From Selaginella moellendorffii (lineage: Eukaryota; Plantae; Lycopodiophyta): DNA of 64,000 nt. This document shows, one piece after another, positions 39,201 through 61,800 of the stretch. Position numbers and translations under genes: made by a program. Every line of letters starts with the position of its first letter. Position 1 is the stretch's first letter. The stretch is from assembly GCF_000143415.4 (NCBI RefSeq), contig NW_003314302.1, positions 1,467,208 to 1,531,207 on the forward strand, written 5' to 3'. The notes under the pieces were generated by a model that did no database searches, was not told the origin of the DNA, and was given only the letters and a program-made list of their open reading frames with translations.

Positions 39201-39901
39201 GAATAGAGTTTGCTAAATACTTAGGCCGCATACAAGTGGGACAACAACAGCATTACAACTTTCATCATTGTCCACCTGCAGAGTACAAAGTGGATAATTT
39301 GGTGTTAGTCCGTTTTCCCCATCTTATAGTATATAGCTTATCTAAGGGGCTCTTTACTAATTTATATTAGATGTTGTGGCAAGTTAAATTACAAGTTTAT
39401 GAAGTTTGGCATGATGTCTAGCAAGCCAATCCTCCAGAAACTGTGCATATACAGCAGTTAAAACACTTCATACAAAGGGATTAGAAACAATTAATACCAC
39501 TTACAAATCCGCCGATGTTCCACTAAATCCTAGCCCATTTACAAGAGAACTTTAATAGTTTTTCATTATTCTAAGAAGAGGGGATGATGTGAGGTCTAAA
39601 TATATAACTATAATGCTATATATTAATATTAATGTAATGGGATTTTGGTAGTTGTCATATTAGTTTTAAATCAGACTACTCACTCTTATATATAAATTAG
39701 GGTTTTTGGGTTAATTAATATGCATATTTTCTATATTCAATGCACTCCTACCATTAGATATTAAAATATTCTAAAATATCTAAATATATTTTAAGTATAT
39801 CCACTATATTTTACAAGTTTGCTTAAGCAAACCAGAATATTATTTATAAATATATTGTTTTCTTGTGGAGTTCAAAAATCTCTTCTAACACAGGTGATGA
39901 G

Positions 39902-51223
<11,322 letters not shown>

Positions 51224-51282
51224 CTAGATCCACGCTCCAAGCCGCTCCTCCTTTGCAGGGAGGAGGAGAGGAGCTCGCGTTG

Positions 51283-52872
51283 CTAGGGTTCCAAGAACCC
51301 TAGAATGTTGTAGAGGAGCACATATGGCGCCGAGCTCTCGGAATTGAGCGTCACAGAATCGACGCCAGCAGCCACGGCCCTGTGCCAATCGCCATGAACA
51401 GCGCAAGCGCCGACGAGCGTGATCCAGGCCAATCCATCCGGCACGAATGGCATCACTCGCATCAGCGCCTGGGCATTCTCCAGCTCCCCGGATCGTCCCA
51501 GGGCATCCACCAAGCACGCGAAGTGGCTCAATCCTGGCAAATACCCATAATCGATCTGGAGGGCGAGGAAGTAGTCCCGGGCCAGCGATTTCTTGCCGCC
51601 ATGGCTGCAAGCGCTGAGCACGCTCACGAATGTGATCGCGTCGGGATAGATTCCCTCGACGTTCATCGCCAGGAAGAACCCTAGCGCCTCGGCCGTGTGC
51701 CCAGTCTGGGCAAATGCTGCCACCATAGCCGTCCAGGAGACCTCGTTCCTCTCCTCCATGGACAAGAACACCGCCCTCGCCTCCTTGATTCCACCGGATT
51801 TCCCGTAGAGATTGATGAGCGCCGTCCCCAGCGCTAGATCGGGCACAATCCCGGCCTCCAGCATATTTCGATGGATGATCTTCCACTCAGCGCTCGACGA
51901 GCACGCATCCACGATCGCCGAGAGCGCCTTGCAATCCGGCTGCACGCCATCCAGATCCATCCTCGCGAAGAGCTCCAGCGCATCCTTGTTCTGCCCGCTC
52001 TGCGCGTGCGCGGCCACCATCGCCGTGACCAGGATCAAATCCGGCGCCCTGGAGCTCGAGCTCGCGAGGAAGATCTTGCTCGCCTCCTCCGCGCGCCCAA
52101 ATCGCCCATACATTCTCACCAGGCACGTCGCGACCGCGATCTCCTGCTCGCATCCGAGCTCCACGATCTTGGCGTGGATTTTCCTCCCGGATTCCAGATC
52201 GCCGCAGGTGTCCAGCGCTCCGGCAAAGGTAATCGCGTTGGGCTCGATCTTCTCCTCTTCCATCCTCTCCAGGACCTGGAGCTCGGCGGTATCGAGCGCG
52301 TTCTGGGCATAGGCCGCGACGATCGCGTTCCAGGACACGACATTCCTCTCGGGCATGGAAGCAAAGCTTGCTTTCGCGCGTTCGATTTGCCCGCTCTGGG
52401 CAAATGCCGCGAGCATCGCGTTCCATGACACCACATCATGCCGTGGCATTCGAGCGAACAAAACCCTAGAGCTCTCGCAATCGCCACTTTGCGAGAAGGC
52501 AGTGACCATCTCATTCCAGGTCACGACGTCTCTCTTGGGCGCCGTGCGAAACAAAAGATTCGCATCGGCGAGACGCCCATTCCGGGTATATGCCGCGATC
52601 AGGATGTTCCAGGAGAAGACGTTGCGATCACGGAGGTTGTCAAAGACCGATCGAGCGTCGCCAGGGCTCCCGCAGCTCCCATACATTTGGATCAGAGCAT
52701 TGCCGAGGAATGTTGATTGGTCAGATCCATCGCTCGCGGCCAGCGCGTGGAGCTGCTTCCCTCGATCCAGCGACTTCGAATTCCCGCACTGGCGAAGGAG
52801 ATCTGCGCAGAGATTGTGATCGATCTTTGGTGCTCTCCTCCATTTCTGGGTCTGGATCTTGCTCTTGACCAT
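51283..52872 (-). CDS. Intronless PLS-class PPR protein with a truncated E domain, no DYW
   Basis: Repeats such as NVFSWNILIAAY, DVVSWNAMLAAF and ITFVSVLSACSH, and an E-motif start MPFVPDGLAW. Confidence 0.88.
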   Translation of the reverse strand: MVKSKIQTQKWRRAPKIDHNLCADLLRQCGNSKSLDRGKQLHALAASDGSDQSTFLGNALIQMYGSCGSPGDARSVFDNLRDRNVFSWNILIAAYTRNGRLADANLLFRTAPKRDVVTWNEMVTAFSQSGDCESSRVLFARMPRHDVVSWNAMLAAFAQSGQIERAKASFASMPERNVVSWNAIVAAYAQNALDTAELQVLERMEEEKIEPNAITFAGALDTCGDLESGRKIHAKIVELGCEQEIAVATCLVRMYGRFGRAEEASKIFLASSSSRAPDLILVTAMVAAHAQSGQNKDALELFARMDLDGVQPDCKALSAIVDACSSSAEWKIIHRNMLEAGIVPDLALGTALINLYGKSGGIKEARAVFLSMEERNEVSWTAMVAAFAQTGHTAEALGFFLAMNVEGIYPDAITFVSVLSACSHGGKKSLARDYFLALQIDYGYLPGLSHFACLVDALGRSGELENAQALMRVMPFVPDGLAWITLVGACAVHGDWHRAVAAGVDSVTLNSESSAPYVLLYNILGFLEP

Positions 52873-53573
52873 GCATTCTCCGATCAAATGAGTTTTAGTG
52901 GCTCCAATCTAAAAGCCATGGCAGCGATCCTTTGGATCTTCTCTTCTTTTTCTTGGATGGTTGCTTGGATTCTTTTAAGAACGATGGATTCTTTCGTTGG
53001 TTGCTTGGATTTCTTGTAAGAAGGATGGATTCTTTCAATCCAGAATAAGAATCAAACACTGATTTTTCGCCTGCTCTTTGAGAAGAACTGTCCAATAGAT
53101 TTGATACCTCTTTGGCATGATCTTAAACGTTTTCATAAGTTGATCAATAGTTCTAGCTCTAGCGTACACAGTGAAAGTTGTTTAGTAACAGTACTGTTCT
53201 TGGTGGGCATTCCATCAATCAAAAGTTTTAGTTTCTCCAGATCCCTTGAAAGGGCATTTGCCTAATTCTTAAAGTCTGGGGAAATATGAACGTTTTTTGG
53301 CGAAGCTGTCAAATATCTGGAGTCGTAATCATCTGGAAAACATCTGGATGGCGAAAATCGCAAGGAAGAGCTGCAAATTTGTCGAAGAGTAATCGTGTCT
53401 GCGATCGACCATGGCGAGGATGGGCATGGCTTGTGAGAAAGGCAGGACGCTAGGCAATGTTGCGAGCCAAGTTGGAGTTTTCTAGCATAGACTACTTGCT
53501 TGGTTTGCTTCCTTTTTGTTGGTTATTTAGGGCATTTATTTTGGAGAGTGTTCTTCGAGTCCAGGGCGCGGCT

Positions 53574-55795
53574 ATGGCAGCGGCCGAGGCGCAGCAGCAG
53601 CAATGGCAGCAGCAATTTGGCAGCCATCATCATCCCATGACGCTGGAGGAGGTGAGAACGCTGTGGATTGGCGATCTCCAGTACTGGATGGACGAAAATT
53701 ACCTCCGCAATCTCTTCGCACACACCGGAGAGGTAAGATTTTCTTCTTTCGTCCTTCTATGAATGCTCTTCGGGTTCTTGCTTTCGAGTAAGCTGATCTT
53801 CTTTTCTACTTCAAAAATTTGCTGTATGAGAGTTTTCTTCTATGAATTTGAATCCTGGAAATGCTAGTGAGCTGATCTTCTTTCTTGCTTCAAGAATTTG
53901 CTGTGAGTTTTGTATGTTCGTTTCTATGGATTCGTGAATCCTGTAAGTGCTAGTGAGCTGATCTGCTTTAAAAATTTGCTGTGAGTTTTTTATGCTCGTC
54001 CTAGAGTTTTTTCTTTCTATGAATTCGTGAATCCTGAAAGTTCTAGTGAGCTGATCTTCTCTACAGGTTTTATCAGCTAAAGTTATCCGCAACAAGCAAA
54101 CTGGTTATCCCGAAGGATACGGATTCATCGAGTTCAACTCTCACCCGGCTGCCGAGCGAGTTCTTCTGGCTTACAACGGAACACAGATGCCACAAACCGA
54201 GCAAGCTTTTCGCTTGAACTGGGCCTCGTTTGGCATGGGCGAGAAACGCATGGATGGAGGTCCCGAGCTCTCCATCTTTGTGGGTGACCTGGCACCCGAT
54301 GTTACGGACTACATGCTCCACGAAACCTTCCGGACCCGGTTTCCATCAGTGAGAGGAGCAAAGGTGGTCATTGATGCAGTCACAGGCCGCTCCAAAGGAT
54401 ACGGCTTCGTGAGATTTGCCGACGAGAACGAGCGAGCTCGTGCCATGTCCGAGATGAATGGAGTTTACTGCTCGAGTCGGCCGATGCGTATAAGTGCCGC
54501 GACTCCCAAGAAAGCTATGGCTGCTGGTCTCACTACTGTTACTGCTGCTACGATTGTCCCGCAGCCAACGATCGCATCACCGTTCAAAGGTAACAGCTTC
54601 ATGGTAAACTACGCATGCTCTTTCCAGTTTTCTCTTTCTTTTTCTTTTCTGGTTTTGACTGATGTATCTTGCTCACGAACCTTAGCTTAGTCTGTTCTAG
54701 GTGCGTCAGTGGTGGCTTTTTCAATTTCGGTGTTTCATCGGACACGGCTCTTCCATGATCAGTGGTTTTAAGGTGGTAGTGTGTCGATTTGTTCCTTCAT
54801 TTTTCATATTTATATCTGGTTTCATCATCACTGGATTCTGGATTCTTTGATTGTATGTTGTTCTAAATCTTATTTTGCCTCGCAGCAGCGACTACCACGA
54901 CTACGTATCAAACAATGCCTTACAGTATTACTCCGCCTCCTTCGTTATCCATTCAATCCCAAGTCCTACCTCCAGATAGCGATCCCACAAACACAACGGT
55001 GAGTTTATTTACTTTTCAGTTTTCTGGACCAACTTTCTGGTGCATTCGGCAGATCTTCGTTGGTGGCCTTGATCTCAATATCACTGAAGAGGAAGTGAAG
55101 CAAACGTTTTCTCATATTGGAGAGCTCGTGTCTGTCAAGATACCTCCTGGTAAAGGCTGTGCGTTTGTTCAATACGCTCAGAGGTAACAAGCTCACCTTT
55201 GTTCTAGCATCTGATCCTCTTCTTTCACGTAGAAACTCTGCTGAAGATGCATTACAGCGGCTTCATGGTACTGTAATCGGTCAGCAAGCGATACGACTCT
55301 CATGGGGACGAAGCCCAACATCCACTAAGCAGGTATAAGTTTTTCTTGAGCTTCGATCATAGTCTAAGTCTCTATATATTATAAGCAGCAGGCTCCAACG
55401 TCACCTTGGAGAGACGCAGCACAAACACAATGGAATTCCTACTATGGCTACCAAGGATACGAAGGATACGCTTACACTCCTGGACAAGAGGGCTACAGCG
55501 CCTATTACACACCATATCACCAGGTAGTTCGTGTTCTTCGCTTGAGCTTCATGTAACTTTGCAGCGATTTCTTCTCAGATCGATGGCCAGTATGACGAGA
55601 TTTTCGATCCACTTGCTCCTCCAGACATTGACAGGTTTGAGAAATTCTTTCTTGATGGAGAAATGGTGCTTAAATCCTTCGTTTTTTGGATGGTGTTACA
55701 GGTTAAACGCTGCTTATATGTCCATGAGAGAGAGCGCATTGCTTGGTCGGCATCTCTGGCTAAGAACGTCCGACCAAGTCCAAACATTAGCTTAG
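53574..55795 (+). CDS. RBP45/RBP47-family RNA-binding protein with three RRMs, multi-exon
   Basis: Q-rich N-terminus, RTLWIGDLQYWMDENYL, FRLNWASF, SIFVGDLAPDVTD, SKGYGFVRF, IFVGGLD, GKGCAFVQY, IRLSWGR. GT-AG introns. Confidence 0.92.
53785..54066 (+). repeat. Three degenerate ~80-93 bp tandem repeats in intron 1 of the RBP45/47 gene
   Basis: Recurring GT(A/G)AGCTGATCT...AATTTGCTGT...TTCTATG.ATT..GAATCCTG..A.TGCTA. Confidence 0.85.
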
Positions 55796-56299
55796 AAAGA
55801 ACCACGCAAACAAAATTTTGTGTAGTAGATCATGTGTAAAGGTATTCTAGTTTGTGAATGAATGACAAAACCCTAAAGCACAGCAATGTGATGCGTGGAT
55901 TCGCCGGCGGCATTGCGCGGACGATCTCCAGGAGCAGCAGCGCGTTTTGGATCGAGCGCCAGGTCTTCAGCAGCATCGCAGCTGGATTCCCCGGCGGCAT
56001 TGCGCGGCCGATGTGAGTCAAGACGTCTAGGAGCAGGATCGAGCATTTTGATCGAGAGATCGTACGTGATCCGTTACGTTTGTTTCTTATTTCATGCGAT
56101 TTTCAGGGAAGAGCGAGGATTGGATCAAGACAATGACGGATTTTTGGAGGGATCAATCGCAGTGGAGCGTGAATCGTGAGTCTTTCTTCGATATTCTTCC
56201 GAAATATCCAGTGGAAATCGTGTCCAGGCGTGGAAAACACGATCATCGATCGCTCCTGGCGGGATTGATGGCTTGAAGGACCTCGAGCGTGGTAAGAGT

Positions 56300-57680
56300 T
56301 AATTTGGCAGCGATTACTTGTTCTCGCGTCTCTAGCAACAGGGATGCTCTCCAAGCGCGAGAACGTTCGTCGCGTGACGGCCCGCGTCTCCGCTGGGAAC
56401 GATCGATTCAAGAGCCTGGAGAGAGGGATGGCACTACACTCTCAAGTTCTGGAGGCCGGGTATGACTCAAACGTGTTCGTGTCCACGGCGGTGGTGGACA
56501 CGCATGCCAAGTGTGGGAGGCTGGGCGACGCTCGGAGGGCCTTTGACAGGATGGCTTTCCACGACACAGTGTCGTGGAATGCCGGTATGTGGAGCACGGG
56601 AAGAACGAGGAGGCTGTGGGGAGGTGTTCGAACAGATGGTGGCGGAAGGGTGTACACCGAACGAGACTACTCTTCTAGCTGCTCTCGAGGCATGCTCGGA
56701 TCTGGCCGAGCGCGAGGAAGGAAAGAAGGTTGAAGGGAAAGTGCTGAAGGTGGGCTGTTTGGCTAGAGGTGCTGCCATCCACAGGGAAGCGGCAAGAGTT
56801 CGTTCTTCACAAACTGAGATACCTGGAAACTGAAGCTGTCAAGTTGTGTGACAAGACATCCGTGGCAAACACGCTGATTAATACCTACGCGAAATGTGGA
56901 AGGCTGGACGATGCTTGCAGAGTGTATGAGAAGATGGAGCTTCGTGACATTGTGTCCTGGACAGTGATGATTTTGAGGCAAGCAAAGGTGAGTCTGCTCT
57001 GGATTTCTTTTTCGAAATGCGTGCTGATACGTCGTGCAAACCAGATGCGCGAGTTTTAGCTGCTGCTTTCGTCGCCTGTGGCATTATAGTGAGGCCAGAC
57101 ATTGGACGTCAGATTCAGGGAGAGAGATACACGCTTGGGCTTGAGAACGATGGGACCGTAACACCATGCCTGGTGGACTTCTATGGAAAGTGTGGGGACA
57201 TGACTGCGGCCCAGTACTTCCTTGATACCACGGCAATGACAAGAGAAATCGGTGCGTGGAATGCGTTGATAATGGGATATAGCCACCAGGGGAATGCAGT
57301 TCACGCAGTAGCAGTATTTCGAAGGCTGGCGGACGAAGGCTTATGTGCGACTGAGGCTACTCTGGTCTCGCTTCTCACGGCATTCAGTCATACTGGTCTT
57401 GTTGAAAAGGGGAAGAAGTGCTTTGAAGCGCTGCAAGACGCAAGCATGGCGTTGCTCCAAGTCTTCGGCACTACACCGGCATGATCGATCTGCTGGGAAG
57501 AGCCAACCATCTAGACGAAGCCGTGAAGGTGCTGGAAAGCATGCCTTCTCAAAGCGGACGCGGTAGCTTGGATGACCGTTTTGGGTGCCTGCGCAAAGTG
57601 GGAGAATGGTCAGGTGGGAAAATTCGCATTTGAGCCTTTTTCCGGGCTGGACAGAGACCGGGAAGTTTAAGTAGGGTTCC
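56300..57680 (+). pseudogene. Frameshifted PLS-PPR pseudogene, paralog of the downstream DYW gene
   Basis: PPR motifs spread over several frames (HAKCGRLGDARRAFD, YAKCGRLDDAC, FYGKCGDM, MIDLLGRANHLDEA). Confidence 0.8.
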
Positions 57681-57789
57681 AAAGTGGCAACGAATGGCAG
57701 CGTCTTCATTCGCTTCTCTTCATCATGCTCTGGGCGAAAGATGTAAGCTACTTTTCTGTGGTTTTGACGCAGCCGCTTGATCCCGTTTC

Positions 57790-60312
57790 TTGTTTCGTTT
57801 CAGCCAAAGTTTCAGCGACGTTGGATCCTTGCTGAGAGCACTGAAGGAATGCACTAGAACAGGAGATATTGAAGCTGGGAGACAGCATCATGAAGATGCT
57901 GCAAAACGTGGATTCAGTTCAAACATTTTCGTGGCAACCACCTTGGTAGATATGTATGCCAAATGCGGGAGCATGCCGGATGCTCAGAAAGTCTTCGACC
58001 TCATGCCCGTCCGCGATGCTGTACCTTGGAACGCATTGATTCTCGGATACTTCGAGAACGGGGATAGTGCGCTGGCTCTGCGAAGCTTTTCGGCCATGCA
58101 ACGCAGCTCGAATGCCGCCCCGAACGCTAGAACTTTCACAGCTGCTCTGATGGCCTGCACCAAGCTCGCTGCAAGCGACGTGAGAAGCCGGGTCGATGGC
58201 AAACTCGTAAGCCTCAAGTATCTGGAAACAGGAAAGATTATACACTCTCAGGCCGTAGCAGTAGGGGTGGACTCACAACTTTACTTGGCAAGCACGCTGG
58301 TGGATATGTACGCCAAGTGTGGTAGCATGGACGACTCGCGGAAAGTTTTCGAAAGGATGCCGGTTCACAACGTCGTTTCCTGGACTTCACTGGTTCTCGG
58401 CTACGCAGAGAATGACGAGCCCGGCGTGGCTTTGGGACTCTTCTTTCGGATGCTCTCCTTGGGATATGAACCAGATGCTCGAGCCTTCGTGGCTGCATTG
58501 ACGGCTTGTGCGAGTCTGGCAGAGAAAGAGCAAGGCATGGAAACGGATGGCAGGCTTTTGAAACTTGAAAGTCTCCAAAGAGGGATGGAGCTGCATTCTC
58601 TGGCTGTGAAGCTCAGCTGTTGGGAAAACATCTTCGTAGCAAGCACGCTGGTGTCAGTCTACGCCAACTGCGGGAGCCTGGCGGATGCTCGCATGGTTTT
58701 TGACCGTGTGCCTCGTCACGATGCGGTTCTAAGGACTGCAATGGTTCTCGGGTATGTAGAGAATGACGAAAACAAGCTTGCTATTGACCTGTTCTCGTGC
58801 ATGCAGACAGGCAAACGGTCGTCGAATCCCGGGCTCTTCACGGCTGCACTTACGGCCTGTGCAAATCTGGCAACAGCTGAAGCTGGGAAACAAGTCTCCG
58901 AGAGGCCTGTAAAACTCAGCTGCTTGGAAAGTGTGATGTCTATCCACTCACAATCTGCAACAAGTGGATACGACTCGGAAATCTTCTTGGCAAACACACT
59001 GATCGATACTTACTCGAAGTGTGGGAGCATGGTGGATGCCCGTCGCGTTTTTGACAGCATGGTACGTTATGACATTGTGTCCTGGACGGCGCTCATACTT
59101 GGTTATGCAGACAATGGCGAGGAGTTCCTGGCATTGGAAAACTTTTCGTGCTTAAGTTCTTCCGGCTGCTTTCCAGATGCTCGGGCGTTTGTTGCTGTTC
59201 TCGGGGCATGTGGAAGTGTTGTAGCATTGGAAACAGGGAGGAGGATCCAGGCGGATATCTACAGGCGAGGACTAGAAAGTTACGACGCTGTTGCGAATGC
59301 TTTGGTGGATTTTTATGGTAAGTGTGGCTCCCTATTGCTTGCGGAGCATCTGTTTGACACCACAGCAAGTTCTGACAAGGATTGCGTGCAGTGGAATGCT
59401 TTGCTGGTTGGATATGGCTACCAAGGAAATGCAGGCCGAGTGTTCGATTTGTTTGAGATAATGCAACGTGAAGGCGTGCCAGCAAATGGAATCACTTTTC
59501 TTTCCCTCTTAAACGCATGCAGTCACGCTGGTTTAGTAGACAAGGCCAAGTCTATCTTCGAGGAGATGCTGCCAAGATACGGCGTAAGTCCAAATTCTCA
59601 GCACTATACGTGCCTGATTGATCTTCTGGGACGATCTAACCATCTAGATTGTGCAGTGGAGACTTTGAAGATAATGCCATTTGAAGCAGATGCTGTTACG
59701 TGGACGGCTATTCTTGCTGCGAGCAAGAAGTGGAAGAATATTCAGCTCGGAAGGCTGGCTTTTGAAACGCTGCTGACATTCGATGCAAGTGATGGTGCTG
59801 CTTATGCACTGATGGGAAATCTTTACGGGAGTTTAGGAAGGTGGGAGGATAAAAAGGGGGTTCTAGCCAGAATGAGAGAATCAGGAGCTTGGAAAGAAGC
59901 AGGACAGAGTTGGTGGAATGACAGGGATGGTAAAGTTCACAGGTTCATGGCTCACGAGAGCTCACATCCGCAAATTAAAGAGATCAACGCAAAGCTGAAG
60001 AAGCTGCTAGGAGAGATGAAGGAACACGGTTATGTTACTGACGCCGGGAGTGCTGCACACAAGTTCTCGACCGATGAAAAGATGGAGAGCTCACTGTGTG
60101 GACACAGCGAGAGGCTCGCTATCGGCTGTGCTTTGATCAATTCGCCCCCAGGCAGTCCTATCCGGATCGGCAAAAACTTAAGAGTCTGTGACGACTGTCA
60201 CAATGCCACTGCAATTATCTCAAGGATCGAGAAGAGGACGATCATTTGTAGAGACGGGGGGCGTTTCCACACGTTCGAGGATGGCAAGTGTTCCTGCGGT
60301 AACTTTTGGTGA
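57790..60312 (+). CDS. PLS-E-DYW PPR protein, putative organellar C-to-U RNA editing factor (true start codon uncertain)
   Basis: 840-codon ORF of PLS triplets, E domain, PG-box-like KEAGQSW, deaminase HSERLA and LRVCDDCH, terminus CSCGNFW. Confidence 0.92.
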   Translation: MFRFSQSFSDVGSLLRALKECTRTGDIEAGRQHHEDAAKRGFSSNIFVATTLVDMYAKCGSMPDAQKVFDLMPVRDAVPWNALILGYFENGDSALALRSFSAMQRSSNAAPNARTFTAALMACTKLAASDVRSRVDGKLVSLKYLETGKIIHSQAVAVGVDSQLYLASTLVDMYAKCGSMDDSRKVFERMPVHNVVSWTSLVLGYAENDEPGVALGLFFRMLSLGYEPDARAFVAALTACASLAEKEQGMETDGRLLKLESLQRGMELHSLAVKLSCWENIFVASTLVSVYANCGSLADARMVFDRVPRHDAVLRTAMVLGYVENDENKLAIDLFSCMQTGKRSSNPGLFTAALTACANLATAEAGKQVSERPVKLSCLESVMSIHSQSATSGYDSEIFLANTLIDTYSKCGSMVDARRVFDSMVRYDIVSWTALILGYADNGEEFLALENFSCLSSSGCFPDARAFVAVLGACGSVVALETGRRIQADIYRRGLESYDAVANALVDFYGKCGSLLLAEHLFDTTASSDKDCVQWNALLVGYGYQGNAGRVFDLFEIMQREGVPANGITFLSLLNACSHAGLVDKAKSIFEEMLPRYGVSPNSQHYTCLIDLLGRSNHLDCAVETLKIMPFEADAVTWTAILAASKKWKNIQLGRLAFETLLTFDASDGAAYALMGNLYGSLGRWEDKKGVLARMRESGAWKEAGQSWWNDRDGKVHRFMAHESSHPQIKEINAKLKKLLGEMKEHGYVTDAGSAAHKFSTDEKMESSLCGHSERLAIGCALINSPPGSPIRIGKNLRVCDDCHNATAIISRIEKRTIICRDGGRFHTFEDGKCSCGNFW

Positions 60313-60318
60313 TTCCAA

Positions 60319-61800
60319 CTAGTTTTCAGCAGAAAAGGACACCGTTATAGATGTTCGATATGAGGACGTATGCAGCAGCATTTTCACCATCCAACTTGAG
60401 AAGGATTGGAAAGCGAGCTCGCCAACGGCTACGTTCTTCCATTTCCAACAGGCACTCAGGACCGTCATCCAAGTTGCTTGGTCGGCTCGCTCAGGGATCT
60501 TTCCGAGAAGCTCAATAACTTCATCTAAGCGGTCTGCACGACCAAGAAGATCGATCATGCAGCTGTAATGCTGTGCCTCCACAGGTGCTCCAAATTCGTT
60601 CATCTGGAAGAACATCTTTCCTTTGTTGACGAGGCCGGCGTGACTGCAAGCTGAGAGTACGATTCTTCCCAGCCTAAAAGTCGACTAATCTGCCGCTGGC
60701 TACCAATGCAGCAACGAGCATCTGGCGTGAACCTTCTGCGTCTAATGAGCTCAAGACCTTTTTGGTATTTGCCGCTATCGACGTATCCAAGCAGCAACCC
60801 AGTCCAGGAAGCCGCATTTGGAGGCTCGATGGTATCGAGAACTTTTCGAGATTCGTCCAGGCTTCCACACCTAGCATACATGTCCACCAGACTGTTGGCT
60901 ACGAAGGCCTCAGTGTGGCATCCGCTCGCAGAAAGCTGCGACATAAGTCCGAGCATTGGCGGAACCCATCCTCGAAAACAGCTGCAATGCGAGCTCCGCT
61001 TCTTCATTCTCTACGTAGCCGAGGATTAAAGAGTTCCAGAGAACAACGTCGTGAAAAGCCATGCTGTGGAAGATACGCGAGCATTGAGCAGGTTTCCGCA
61101 GTTTGTGAACATGTCAAGTACTCCAGTGGCCACGTACATGCTGCGGATGAGTCCCTGCTTGCCTGCTCTAGCGTGGAGCGGCATTCCTCTCTCCAGGGAC
61201 TTAAGTTTGACGCGCTCACACTTTGGGCCGATTCTTGGCGAGCCAAGCTGGAGCAAGCCAACGAAAGCGGGAGCATCCGGACAAGGAGCAAGAGCAGTCC
61301 AGGAGAGGAGATTATGGCTCTGTCCGATACTGGAACGCAGCCACTGCTCTGTGCCTGCAATTGGATTCGGGTTCCTATATCAAGGAGCAACTTCAAACTT
61401 GAAGAGGACGAAGTTTGCGGGGCCAGGCCATCAGCGCGGCGACGAAAGTTCGGGAGTCAGGAGACTGTTGCATCGACCAGAAGAGATCGACAGCGACATG
61501 GCTGTCACCATTCTGGACATATCCAACAAGCAGGGAGTTCCAAGAGACGATATCTTTGAAGTGGATGCTGTCAAAAACACTGCGAGCTTGGGACATGCTA
61601 CCGCACTTGGCATACATGCTCATTATGCTGCTGAGACCACTTTCGACGGCATGCAACTGGAGCTTACTGCCAGTTGCTATGTCTCTGGAGCTGCCGCACG
61701 CCAGCAAGCCGCTTTGCTCCCGCGTTTTGCATCCGATCGCAGAGTATCCTCGGCAACAAGGGTCCTGCGAGACGTACTTTGTGCAAAAGAAAAAATCCAA
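60319..61800 (-). pseudogene. Fragmented PLS-PPR pseudogene, convergent with the DYW gene
   Basis: MYAKCGSMSQARSVFD, VDMYARCGSLDES and HYSCMIDLLGRA occur in different frames. Confidence 0.8.

Larger units (their letters stand above)
24380..39753 (+). mobile_element. Element E: old, internally deleted non-chromovirus Gypsy with short (~175 bp) LTRs; host of B and D
   Basis: LTR-like 24380-24555 and 39588-~39753. PPT aagaagaggggatga at 39573-39587. The RT motif KCVFG|SKDMTYLGY is split at the B insertion. RNase H (NYSTIEKECLAV) and integrase (PFELVAFDFIG, DNG, SAYHP) with many stops at 37394-39480. No chromodomain seen. Confidence 0.85.

Noticed and set aside
55895-56012. ~30 bp direct repeat (GGATTC.CCGGCGGCATTGCGCGG.CGAT) and small ORFs downstream of RBP45/47
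   Set aside because: A two-copy local duplication with no further structure or recognisable product.
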